Positions 13,626-23,880 of a stretch of DNA of 64,000 nucleotides are shown piece after piece. The notes under the pieces were generated by a model, which saw nothing but the letters and a program-made list of their open reading frames with translations, made no database searches and was not told the origin of the DNA. Each line of letters starts with the position of its first letter. Within the stretch, counting starts at the first letter, position 1. Made by a program: the position numbers and the translations under genes. This DNA comes from Octopus vulgaris (lineage: Eukaryota), in the NCBI GenBank assembly GCA_951406725.2, contig OX597827.1, positions 31,496,001-31,560,000 of the forward strand, given 5' to 3'.

Positions 13626-14895
13626 AAAGAACATACTTAATGAAATTGATAACAAACATTGGCTAGAATCTCTAGGATCAAAAGCATTCCAAGCATGACC
13701 ATCTCATCCTCATTTTCAGGAAGTGAACTACATTATTCAATGAGTTTTCTCTAATTTTATTTAAGACTGAAGTGTGATTTGAGGGGTTGAATGAGAAGCG
13801 TTTGAAGTTGGTTGAGTAGAACCTGGAAGATTAGATGTAATGAAAGATATGCTGGATACGTGGATGCTGGATACGTGGATTCAGTAGGCCTCTTTTGAGA
13901 GATAGGACGGATGGATGGACAGATAGACGGACACACACACACACACAGTTGATACAAGGAATCAGTTCTGAAACTTTGTTTTTCGCTTCTTGCAACATAT
14001 ATAATTCTTGCTATCACTCTGCATATTTCCTTTCTTGGAGCGGTAATGCCCAGTTCCAAAAGAACCATACGACAATGGAACCATATTACAATGGAATCAT
14101 GGGATAGCACCACAATGTGGTATATCCATGTCTGCTATCTTACTCAACACAAGCTGACTAAAATGAATTTTGTATTTTCAGTCATTTTAATGGCCATTGG
14201 GAACTTAATGCAGCATGTTTTGTATATGTTTGTGGGGTGGAGGGCAGGTGAATGGTAAATTTCTTAACAATAACAACAACAACAACAACAGCAACAACAA
14301 ACCTTATAGAAAGGCTTCATTCTTTCAGACTTCTGTTTCTTCTTTGTCATTTTTGAATAACATGGAGAGACAAATTGTCTCCATTGAAATCATTTAATAT
14401 CAACAATGAAAGTTTAAAATGTCACCTGACATACACGGCTCCTGAAAAGAGTAGGTGAACTAACACACACAAGCGTATGCATGCACACACACACACACAC
14501 ACACTGCATCATCAGCTATCTGCCAAGGTAACAAGTGGCATACCTGAATGGTTAGGCTGCCAAGATGACCTGCACATATGTCTTGAATTCTAATTCACAG
14601 CAGGGTTCCAATTTCCCTGATAAAGAATTTTTCGTTTCTTATATGGCATCAAAGTATGAAAAAGTGTAGTGGTGGTGGTGGTGGGGGGATGACTATTTTA
14701 TTTTACATAGGGGTACAGACATGGCATTGAGATGGAAGAAGCCTGCTTCCAAACCATGTGGTTTCTGGTTTTCCAGTTCACTCCCACTGCATGGCACTTT
14801 GAGCAAGTGTCTTTTACAACAGACTTGAACCAACAAAAATAAAGCGAGTAGATTTGGTAAACAGAAACTGAAAGAAGCCTGTCATATGTATATCA

Positions 14896-15299
14896 CAGGC
14901 ACGTGCCGTCAGTAATTACTCAGGGTAGGCAGTTGATGACGTTTATGTAGTAAAACATTAAACAAAATAAGCGAAACATAGGTGCACGACTGAGTTAGAG
15001 GCAGATTTACTTCTGCCTTTATAGCACATAAAGAAAATGTTGTTGTAGGAATGTACGCAGCATGTGTACTACAGCAGTACTATATGTAGTTTTAATACTG
15101 AGATTGAAAGGCAGGGGCGAAGTATGCCTACCTAATCTACAAAAAAATAAAATATTTTGTATTTTATGCATAATAATCAGAGTAACCTTCAGTTTTATTG
15201 AATTATATGCATATTTTGCCATAAAAGGAAAATGTTACTATTGATCTATTTTATTCAAGGTAGGCACTGCCTACCTTGCCTACTCAGGTGGCGTCTCTG
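14896..15299. mobile_element. hAT-like MITE
   Basis: CAG...CTG termini, 8-bp TSD gtatatca (14888-14895 / 15300-15307), subterminal ggtaggca/tgcctacc motifs. Confidence 0.7.
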
Positions 15300-15979
15300 G
15301 TATATCACTATCATTCTCTTCTTTCCAGTTACTCCCACCTACCCTTATATACTGCAGGGTAGCCATTTTCTCCTCTATAGCAAGACACCTGTGCACGACC
15401 CTATGTCAGACTTAAATCAAGTCAAGCTAAGTAAGAGCATGGTTGCTCTTGCATACAGGCTCCTCTCCTGCAGTCCTCTCCAGCTGAGCATCCCTTATTT
15501 TGTGGACTCGTAGGTGCTGATGCCATGTAAAAAACACCTGTGCTAGTGCGGAGTAAAAGCACCAAGTACATTCTGTAAAGTGGTTGTCATTAGGTAGGGT
15601 AGCCAGCCATAGAAACCAAGTGAAAACAGAAAGGAAGCCTGAACAGCTCTTCAGCTGGTCAGCTCCGGTAAAAACCGTCCAAACCATGACAGCATGGAAA
15701 ACGAACGTTAAATGATGATGACGATGATGGTGGTGGTGGTGGTGGTGGTGGTGGTGATGATGATGATGATGATGATGATAGTCTTCCAATAACTGGTATA
15801 AAGCTATTTCCTTCTCTCTCTCAAATACCACCCCACCTCCAAACTCTGTTGGGGAGGCATTTTCCTTGTCATGTCTTGCAAGTTACTCAGCAACCTCACT
15901 TAGAGCCAGCAGCATGAAAAAAGGCACCCAGTACACCCTATGAAATTACTGGTATTAAGAAGGGCAACATGACTATCAA

Positions 15980-18877
15980 ATGCCTCTTCAAGGTCAATAT
16001 ATGGAGGTAGCATCACAGAAAGCGTCAGCGAATTTAAAAACTCCACTGGTTAATGTATAACAACTTCGTTATTTTCTTCAACAATGGTGTCAACGCTTCT
16101 GCAGATTGTTGCCTCACCAGGCAATAATGACATTATGTCAATGTTTATGTGAAGACAACCTTTGTTTTTAGGTGTCAAAATGATTGTCGATGACACTCTT
16201 TCAACTGCCTCATCATTGTCTAGTAATAATTCTTCTCCAAAAACTTCTCTAACAATGTTCTTTGTAGATACCATGTTTTGCAGAATTTTTATGAGGTTTT
16301 CTTCCAGCCCTTCATTGTTGGAGAGGGTTCCATTTCCAACCTCTAAAAGCCACCTGTTGAAGTTATCTTGTCCAGCCATGCGCATATTTTCTATCAAACT
16401 GAGTTTTGTTATGAAATGCTCATTTGACTGCGCCCATGCTGGAGCACCACCTTTTAGTACTTATTCTATCGGTCTCTTTTTGCCGAACCGCTAAGATTGC
16501 TTAATTGAGGACTCAATTACTGCTGAATCGGATCTCCTTGGGATGATAGGTGCAGTTTGTCTGAAGCCTTCACCAAGTAGCAGCACTTTTCCACCGAATG
16601 GTTTGGGAGAATTCATTACTTGCTTCAGAAGCAGATCAATGGCTCTCAGAGCATTGCATAATAACAGTGATGCTTCATCAATAATTAAAAGGTGAGCCTG
16701 CTTTAATTTTTCAGATGACTCAGAAGGGATTCTAATGTGAGAGGTGGAACTATCATGCAATGGGATGGGTAGCTTGAGTCCACTGTAAACAATCCTTCCA
16801 TCAATGAGCAAATCAGCAGCTATGCCTGTAGTAGCATAGGAAAGGACACACTTGTTTTACCTTCTTAGAGAAGCTATCAATCTATTATACTGGTAGGTCT
16901 TTCCCATCCCTCCAGGGACATCGAGGAAAAAGAATCTACTCTGTCTTTCATCGTCATTGATGGTTGCAGTAAAGTGTGCATAGACCTGGTGCTGAGCCTC
17001 AGTGAAGGATGCAATGTGCCACTCAATATCCTTCAACATTGTTCTTTTCAGCAGCTACTTCATGAAAGGCTGCTGCAGCTGGGACTGGAAGATGCAAATC
17101 TCTGCAGCATAGCCCATGTACTCGCAGTGTTGACCCAATATCATTTAACGCTCTGTGAATGGCCACCTCTCGAGTGTTAATTCTTGTGAAATCCTTAATC
17201 GTCTCCTCCTCAAACTGGTGGTACAGCTGCGAAGGGTTAGCTGGGGTGTTGAAGATGCAAATGAGAGCAGACAATTGTCTTAACTGAAATGGCATACCTG
17301 TAAGGGATACTTCATCTATTCCCCTGTGCCATTCTTCATCATTTTGAATTAAATTTCCTAAGAGAGCAGCTTCTTTAAATGAGTTGCAGACTACACCATC
17401 TACTTTATTTACATTATTTATATTTGATGGATATTTGTCCTCATCTTGCTTGTCGTTAACACAATGTTTCCATTGATATACCCTCCAGCTTTCATCAGGT
17501 GTCTTGGGGAAATTTTGAACCTGGGTTCTCATTCCTAAGGTATTTTTCAATGTTGTTGTTGTTGTTATTGTTGTTATTATCATCATCATTATTATTATAT
17601 GCCCACAGGCATATGGCACAGTGGTTAAGAGTGTGGGCTACTAACCCCAAGATTCCGAGTTCGATTCCGGGCAGTGACCTGAATAATAATAACAACAACA
17701 TTGAAAAATACCTTAGGAATGAGAACCCAGGTTCGAAATTTCCCCAAGACACCTGATAAAGGCTGGAGGGTATATCAGCCGAAATGTTGTGTGTTAACAA
17801 CAAACAAGATGAGGACAAATATCAGTCATATGTAAATAATGTATACACACCATCTACTGTTTACATATCTTCATAAATTCAAACTCCAGCAACATGCAAC
17901 AGCAACAGTTTCAAGTAAAATTGTTCCTCATCCTTCAGGCTAACGGTGTACAATCTGGAGATGACTTTATCGCCTCCTCTTTGTCTGCACTTTCATACAG
18001 TAATCTGCTTATTGAAGACATAACTGTACGGAATATCAGAATGATGCAAGTTCTGGGCATTTTCCTCTGTTTGATTCAGAAGATGCCAAGCTGTCAGTGT
18101 TGTGTTCTTCTCTGTGTTGCTCACTCAAGCGCCTGACTCTCTTGACCCTCTTCAAAGTATACAAGTGGCAGCTGGACAGGCGGACAAATAACTGAATGAG
18201 ATCTATCATGCATTTTATTCTCAAGCAGGCACCATATACTTTCAGGAGCACTCACTTGCATAGCATCTAAATGGTTGCATACTTCATCCTACACAATCTC
18301 ATTGTTTGAAGTTGTTTCATTGATGTCAACATCAATGGAGTCCTGTTCCTTGTAGATATCCTTGTAAATATAGTTCACAGAGGAGACGATGAGGCAAATC
18401 TCAACATGTATATGAGCACTGAACTTACAGCTCAGATATTTATTGTAGGGCACTGCATATCATTCATCTATTTCATGGTTGTGAACTCAAAGTAATGCCT
18501 CTCAACATTGCCTGTATAATGGGCAACTGTTTGGGTTTATCTGTGCCTCGTGTTGATACTCCTTTGGAAATTCTTTAAAACACTTGTTATCTTCCTTGCA
18601 GGGAGCAGCAGGGTTGAGATCACTACAGGGCCCATAGATCATGCACCTTTTTACTGTTTCATGTAGTAGGGGTTCAGTGACAGGATCCGGGATCTCAGCA
18701 CAGACAATTTGATTAATTCTTTCGGGATCATCCAATTCATAATCAGGGTGCAAATTGATCAACAGGTGGGCATGTGGTAAGCCCCTCTTTTGAAATTCAG
18801 TGGTGTGGCAGTAAGCAGTGACTCTTCCAAATACATGTTTCTTAGTGATGTCATTCAAGAGTTCATGCAGCTTTATA
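15980..18877 (-). pseudogene. decayed Helitron RepHel (HUH Rep + PIF1 helicase)
   Basis: Rep motif EFQKRGLPHAHLL and CAEIPD (18502-18858); helicase motifs FFLDVPGGMGKTY, LIIDEAS, KPFGGKVLLLGEGFRQTAP, NMR..F..WLLEVGNG, ILTPKN; frameshifts, stops and nested insertions. Confidence 0.9.
17405..17846 (+). mobile_element. tRNA-headed, HHR-tailed SINE-like element with 5' inversion, copy 2
   Basis: 12-bp TSD acaccatctact (17393-17404 / 17847-17858); inverted tail 17405-~17600; A-box 17614-17624 and B-box gagttcgattcc 17657-17668; mutated HHR 17749-17792. Confidence 0.85.
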
Positions 18878-18878
18878 G

Positions 18879-19200
18879 TGTTAGGGTTTAGGGTTAGGGT
18901 TATGCCGAAAACAGACAGTGTACATATTCTTTATCTCTGCCAACACTATATACTGTAAATAAGTTATGGGATTACTGATAACTAAAAATATCAGTGAACT
19001 GATAACAAACATGGCAAAGGTAAAGAATACACACACCTGGTGTTTAGGGTTTAGGGTTAGGGTTAGAGTTAAGGGTTAGGGTTTCACCGAAAACAGACGA
19101 TGTGTGTATTCTTTACCCCTGCCAACAAACACTACATTCTATAAATAAGTTATGGGATTACTGATAACTAAAATTATCAATGAACTGGTAACAAACACTA
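18879..19200 (+). repeat. two ~180-bp units each headed by (TTAGGG)-like repeats
   Basis: ttagggtttagggttagggtta at 18881-18902 and a longer block at 19043-19083, each followed by ccgaaaacagac...ctgataactaaa. Confidence 0.8.
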
Positions 19201-19504
19201 TATACTGTAAATACACACACACATTGGAAACGAAATATTAGAGAAAATGAACCTCGTAAAATGTAAACAAAGCATTTTGCCTGTGAAATATAAAAAAAAA
19301 CCTTTGCAGGCGACACTCTCTTTGCCACTTCCTCTCTCTCTCTCTCTCATTGCTATTACTTTCTCTCACTCCTTCTCAGTCATGGCTATTACTCTCACTA
19401 CTTCTCCTTCACTGAATTACTGTTTTCTCTCCTTTCCCTTCACTTATAATACTCTTTCTCCCACTCCCACCAACAACGTGATTGTGGACAAGTATATATA
19501 TATT

Positions 19505-19561
<57 letters not shown>

Positions 19562-19624
19562 ATACATAAAATCACAACGCTCATTAAATACATAAATACA
19601 TAAAATACATAAATACATAAAACC

Positions 19625-21058
19625 ACACCGCATCAAAAAAGAATTTGTGATAGAAGGGGTTAAATTCATCCTGGAAAATAACTTCTTCGCCTTCAATGAC
19701 AACTTCTACCGACAAAAATCGGGGACTGCGATGGGTACACGAATGGCCCCCTCCTTTGCCAACCTAGTCATAGGATACCTAGAGATCAGTCTGTATCGTA
19801 AGGTTCAAGAAAGATATGGCAGCCCTTTCTCCATCTACATAGAAAACAACTGGAAGAGATATCTAGATGACTGTTTCATCCTTTGGCATAAAAATATAGA
19901 AAAACTCATAGAATTCCAGAAAATTTTAAACGGACTGGACGTAAACATCCAATTCACGATGGAATATAGCCAACAACAACTCCCCCTTCCTCGATATCCT
20001 CATTAAGAAAGCTAATAATATAATAGAAACAGACATATACTATAAGCCTACAGACTCTAAGCAATATCTTCCATTCAATTCATGCCACCCCAGACACACC
20101 AGGATGAATATCCCCTTCAATCTAGCAAAAAGGATATGCACTATAGTCTCTAACGCAAACACCAGAGACACACGACTACAAGAACTAAAAGATACCCTAA
20201 TCACCAGGAACTATCCACCTTCACTTATTGACAAGTGCATTCAACATGCCCTTCAACTTAACATCAAGGAACTGAGACATCCCAAATCCAAGAAAAACTT
20301 ACAACCAAAAGCCTTACCATACATCTCCACACACAACCCTCTCAATAACGAAGCCTTCGACACCATCCTCCACAACATACCCCTCCTAAAAAAATAAAAA
20401 AAGACCACAGAATGAACACAATCCTCCAAACACACACGATCATAAAAAGCAAAAGACAGCCTAGATCCATGAAAAGTCTCCTTACACAAGCCCGAATTCA
20501 CTCTTCAACACAGAAGCCGACAGTAAAAAAATGTGGAAGACCCAATTGCGGGATATGCGACTATCTTATTGAGGGATCAGAGTTCCCTTCAAACAGGGAC
20601 AACGGTTTACAGTGAAAAGCAACTTCACATGTGCTTCGGAGAACCTAATATACTCACTAACCTGCTCCGGGTGTCAAGAGCAGTATATAGGCCAAACAAA
20701 AAATGGTTTGCGTAAACGAATGGCCCTGCACAGATCCCAGATAAAAATTCCCCAAAACAGAAAAATTGCTTTTAGCCAACACATAGATACTTGCGCCAAC
20801 AAAAAAACACCAAACTTCAGAATTTTCCCCCTCTACCAATTTAGGGACGATACAACCTCGAGACAACAAATAAGTAAAGAAAATCTCTTTATTACAAAAT
20901 ACAAGCCACTTCTTGACAAACAATTAATATACCTCAACTTTAGAATAAAAGAAAAATATATATACACACACAAATATTACACTCCATAGAATCCATTACT
21001 AATCAGCCCCTTCATAGCTATATTTACACCCATTCATATTCTCCCTTCTCTGTTTTTT

Positions 21059-21091
<33 letters not shown>

Positions 21092-21761
21092 ATCATCATC
21101 ATTATCATCATCATCATCGTCGTCATCATCATCACCACCATCATCACCACCATCTTCTCCTTCTCCTCCTTCTTCTTCTTCTTCTTCTTCTTCATCATCA
21201 TCATTATCATCATCATCGTCGTCATAATCATCACCACCATCACCATCATCGTCATCTTCTCCTTCTCCTTCTCCTTCTTCTTCTTCTTCTTCTTCTACTT
21301 CTCCACCCCCTACCCCTTAACTTTGTCACTAATGTTTTTTAGTATAACACCTACGCTAATTCTATAAACAAGCCTGTCAATATAAATATTCTCCTGAATT
21401 GAACTGAGACTGCCAGCTGCCACTGACCATTCAAAATATGACCATCAGGGCACTCCCAGATTCTCCCACCCCCCTTTCCTCACCAGCCCTCTTCCTCTAC
21501 TACCCTACCAAGAACACACAAGTGCAAACAAGGGAGTCAGAGAAAGGCAGAATGCCACTTATATCTGAACACTACTATAGAAATATTCCTTTAAAAAAAC
21601 TTTTCTTCTAATTTTTCTAAATTTAATTATTTAATCGTTACAGTTGAAAAGGTCTCAAAATGACCGAAACCGGTACTGAAATGTTCACTATAAAATTATT
21701 TTAGCATTTTCTATTTTTGACTTGTTTTTCCATATATATCAACTCATGTGTTCCTTTTCAC

Positions 21762-21765
<4 letters not shown>
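19625..21765 (+). mobile_element. 5'-truncated Penelope-like element (RT + GIY-YIG, Neptune-like), frameshifted
   Basis: RT motifs FYRQKSGTAMGTRMAPSFANL and WKRYLDDCF; CGRPNCGIC cysteine motif; endonuclease NLIYSLTCSGCQEQYIGQT..LRKRMALH; 3' HHR-like motif. Confidence 0.9.
21641..21678 (+). ncRNA. type I hammerhead, U3-A8 core variant, in PLE 3' end
   Basis: cag TTGAAAA ggtc tcaaaat gacc GAAA cc gg TA ctg. Confidence 0.7.
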
Positions 21766-21799
<34 letters not shown>

Positions 21800-22020
21800 T
21801 GAAATGGATAAATGAATTATCTTTTTACGGATTATTCAAAATTTAACGCGTAATATCGATACCTGGGTAGCAAAAATCACAACAGAAAAAACACGGTTGA
21901 GGTTACGACCATGGGGTGTCGCAACCATGCCTTAGCGCGGATAATTGAAGTTTTATATATTTAGTGAAGGGAAGAAATGGAGTTGAACGACGATTCTACA
22001 AAATTCCTTTTTATTATTTT

Positions 22021-23553
22021 CTACACATGTTTCAAAGGCTGCAAATTTCCAAATTCGGATTGAATAATGTAGCCAGCCCTATCCTGATGACAGAATGCTG
22101 GCATCGGAAGGGCCGGATCTATATATACTACCTTCTCCCTATAACCGGCTTTAGACAGGGCGGCATTATAAAATTCCACTTTCTGCCTAAAAATGTCGAC
22201 ATTGGCAGACAAATTAGTTAATCTTTGAGAAATATTTTTAACCAAATTGTCTGTTACAGTTTTAGCGTGATTCGAGAAGACACTGACATACTTTAAGTTA
22301 GTGGAAGGATTATGGTAAGGGCAGTAAGAATCGCTATGGAGGTTTAGTGTGACATCTAAGAAATTAGCCTTAGTAAGTTCGTTATCAAAAACTATACTCA
22401 TGCCCATCCTATTAAAGAACCTAGCTAATCTGTTTTTAGTTTTCTGTATGATTCTGTTCGGGGTGTTTTGTAGGTAAAACAGACAATCGTCATGATATAG
22501 GCCGCTCCCGATATCCGGGAACTGGTCGGATAATTCGTAGAGAATATAGATTCCGACCAAATCAGCAATCTGCGCGCTATCTGAACTACCCATAGGCACA
22601 TCAAACTCGTTAGGAGCATCTTTACGAACCCACAACTTACTTTCAAACTTTATAAATGATTTTCTGGCGACTAGAATTATATCAACTTCTTCTCTAGTGA
22701 GACCTGCCTTATTGTGTGCATGCCACAGGGCCTTATTAAGTACACTAGGGTTAATTGAGGGGTAGAAATTAGCAATATCGAACTGAATGAACTTAGTTCG
22801 GTTTTTATTAGGGATAGAAGAGAACCACTTTACGACCTGCGAGGAGTTCGCCCAGAGGTTAAGCTTCAGCTTATTGACTAAACTAGGAATATATTTGTCT
22901 AAAATGTACTTACTGATGGCGCCGATGTCAGAACTAGAAGGGCATATGAGCCTTAACGCTGGGTTGGTGTAGAAATTTGGTTTGTGGTCCTTAACGATGA
23001 ATCTAGGTTGTTTAGGGCTAAGCGGCTGTGTTCTCATTTGAATTCCGTAATTAACCATTATTTTCTTAATCTCCAAGTTTACTTTTCTCAGTGTGTTTCT
23101 ATTTGTTGTTCTATAGTTCTTCTGGATCTCTTTTCCGAGTAATTCTAAGTACTGGTTAATGGGTAACTTGTACGGGTTCCTTGTTTTGTCAGATTGGACC
23201 AGGATTCCGTCTGACCTGTTAATATCCTTAGTAATTTTCTCTAGGTATCTGAGGTGTTCATTTCTCCTGGGTGACTTCCTGAATTTAATCCTCCTTACAA
23301 TGTCCCACAAGTCATCCTCAAATTTCTTCAGTCTTGGGTTAGGTGGTGGTGTATCCATCGACTTAAAAAGCCTCTTATATTCGGACGATGCTGCAGCCCG
23401 GTTCTGTTTTAGATCCTCGTTATCATGAAAGAAAACGAGCCATCTAATCCGGTTTATGAATGCATTAGTTTTGCAGACAATTTCCTTAAGGAAGGCTTCC
23501 TTTGGTGGTATAGGAATGTCCTTAAGGGACGCGTTGATCTCGAACAATTCCAT
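22021..23553 (-). CDS. Naiad-type PLE reverse transcriptase, 3'-truncated (no GIY-YIG domain)
   Basis: Open 510-aa ORF with SLKDIPIP N-terminal motif, SDKT, KDHKPNF, RLICP, QFDIANFYPSI, DVPMGSSDSAQIADLVG, GLYHDD, NFLDVTLNL; the last ~15 codons come from the inverted repeat. Confidence 0.85.
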   Translation of the reverse strand: MELFEINASLKDIPIPPKEAFLKEIVCKTNAFINRIRWLVFFHDNEDLKQNRAAASSEYKRLFKSMDTPPPNPRLKKFEDDLWDIVRRIKFRKSPRRNEHLRYLEKITKDINRSDGILVQSDKTRNPYKLPINQYLELLGKEIQKNYRTTNRNTLRKVNLEIKKIMVNYGIQMRTQPLSPKQPRFIVKDHKPNFYTNPALRLICPSSSDIGAISKYILDKYIPSLVNKLKLNLWANSSQVVKWFSSIPNKNRTKFIQFDIANFYPSINPSVLNKALWHAHNKAGLTREEVDIILVARKSFIKFESKLWVRKDAPNEFDVPMGSSDSAQIADLVGIYILYELSDQFPDIGSGLYHDDCLFYLQNTPNRIIQKTKNRLARFFNRMGMSIVFDNELTKANFLDVTLNLHSDSYCPYHNPSTNLKYVSVFSNHAKTVTDNLVKNISQRLTNLSANVDIFRQKVEFYNAALSKAGYREKVVYIDPALPMPAFCHQDRAGYIIQSEFGNLQPLKHV

Positions 23554-23705
23554 TTGCGGTATTCCAACGGACTTTTTCGTCGGCCTTCACCCGCCCTGAC
23601 GTCAACGCACATTGAGAGACAGTTTTGTGCCTTACCATGGGCTCCTAGGGAGCGTTTTGTTTGAATAGCTTGCTGCGCATTTCTTTGGAGATTTAAATTC
23701 CTGGT

Positions 23706-23789
23706 TTTTCCTGAAGAGAAAGCTGCAAAATGGTCTCCTTATTCAATCCGAATTTGGAAATTTGCAGCCTTTGAAACATGTGTAGAAAA
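23706..23789 (+). ncRNA. type I hammerhead ribozyme with extended stem II, antisense to the Naiad ORF
   Basis: ttttc CTGAAGA gaaagctgcaaa...tttgcagccttt GAAA c atgt g TA gaaaa. Confidence 0.75.
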
Positions 23790-23838
23790 TAATAAAAAGG
23801 AATTTTGTAGAATCGTCGTTCAACTCCATTTCTTCCCT

Positions 23839-23874
<36 letters not shown>

Positions 23875-23880
<6 letters not shown>

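Larger units (their letters stand above)
21962..23844 (-). mobile_element. Naiad-type Penelope-like element bounded by perfect 106-bp inverted repeats
   Basis: 21962-22067 is the reverse complement of 23739-23844; encloses the RT ORF; sits among (TA)n tracts. Confidence 0.85.

Noticed and set aside
17601-17681. Functional tRNA gene
   Set aside because: Acceptor and T stems do not pair convincingly, and the sequence is part of a TSD-flanked repeated element, so it is a SINE head.
23585-23592. In-frame TGA 12 codons upstream of the Naiad ATG as selenocysteine
   Set aside because: No SECIS is visible, the 3' end is missing, and the conserved N-terminal motif begins after the ATG.
21962-23844. 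TIR DNA transposon or DIRS element carrying RT
   Set aside because: No transposase or tyrosine recombinase; RT motifs are PLE-type and the inverted repeat is part of an HHR-bearing pLTR.
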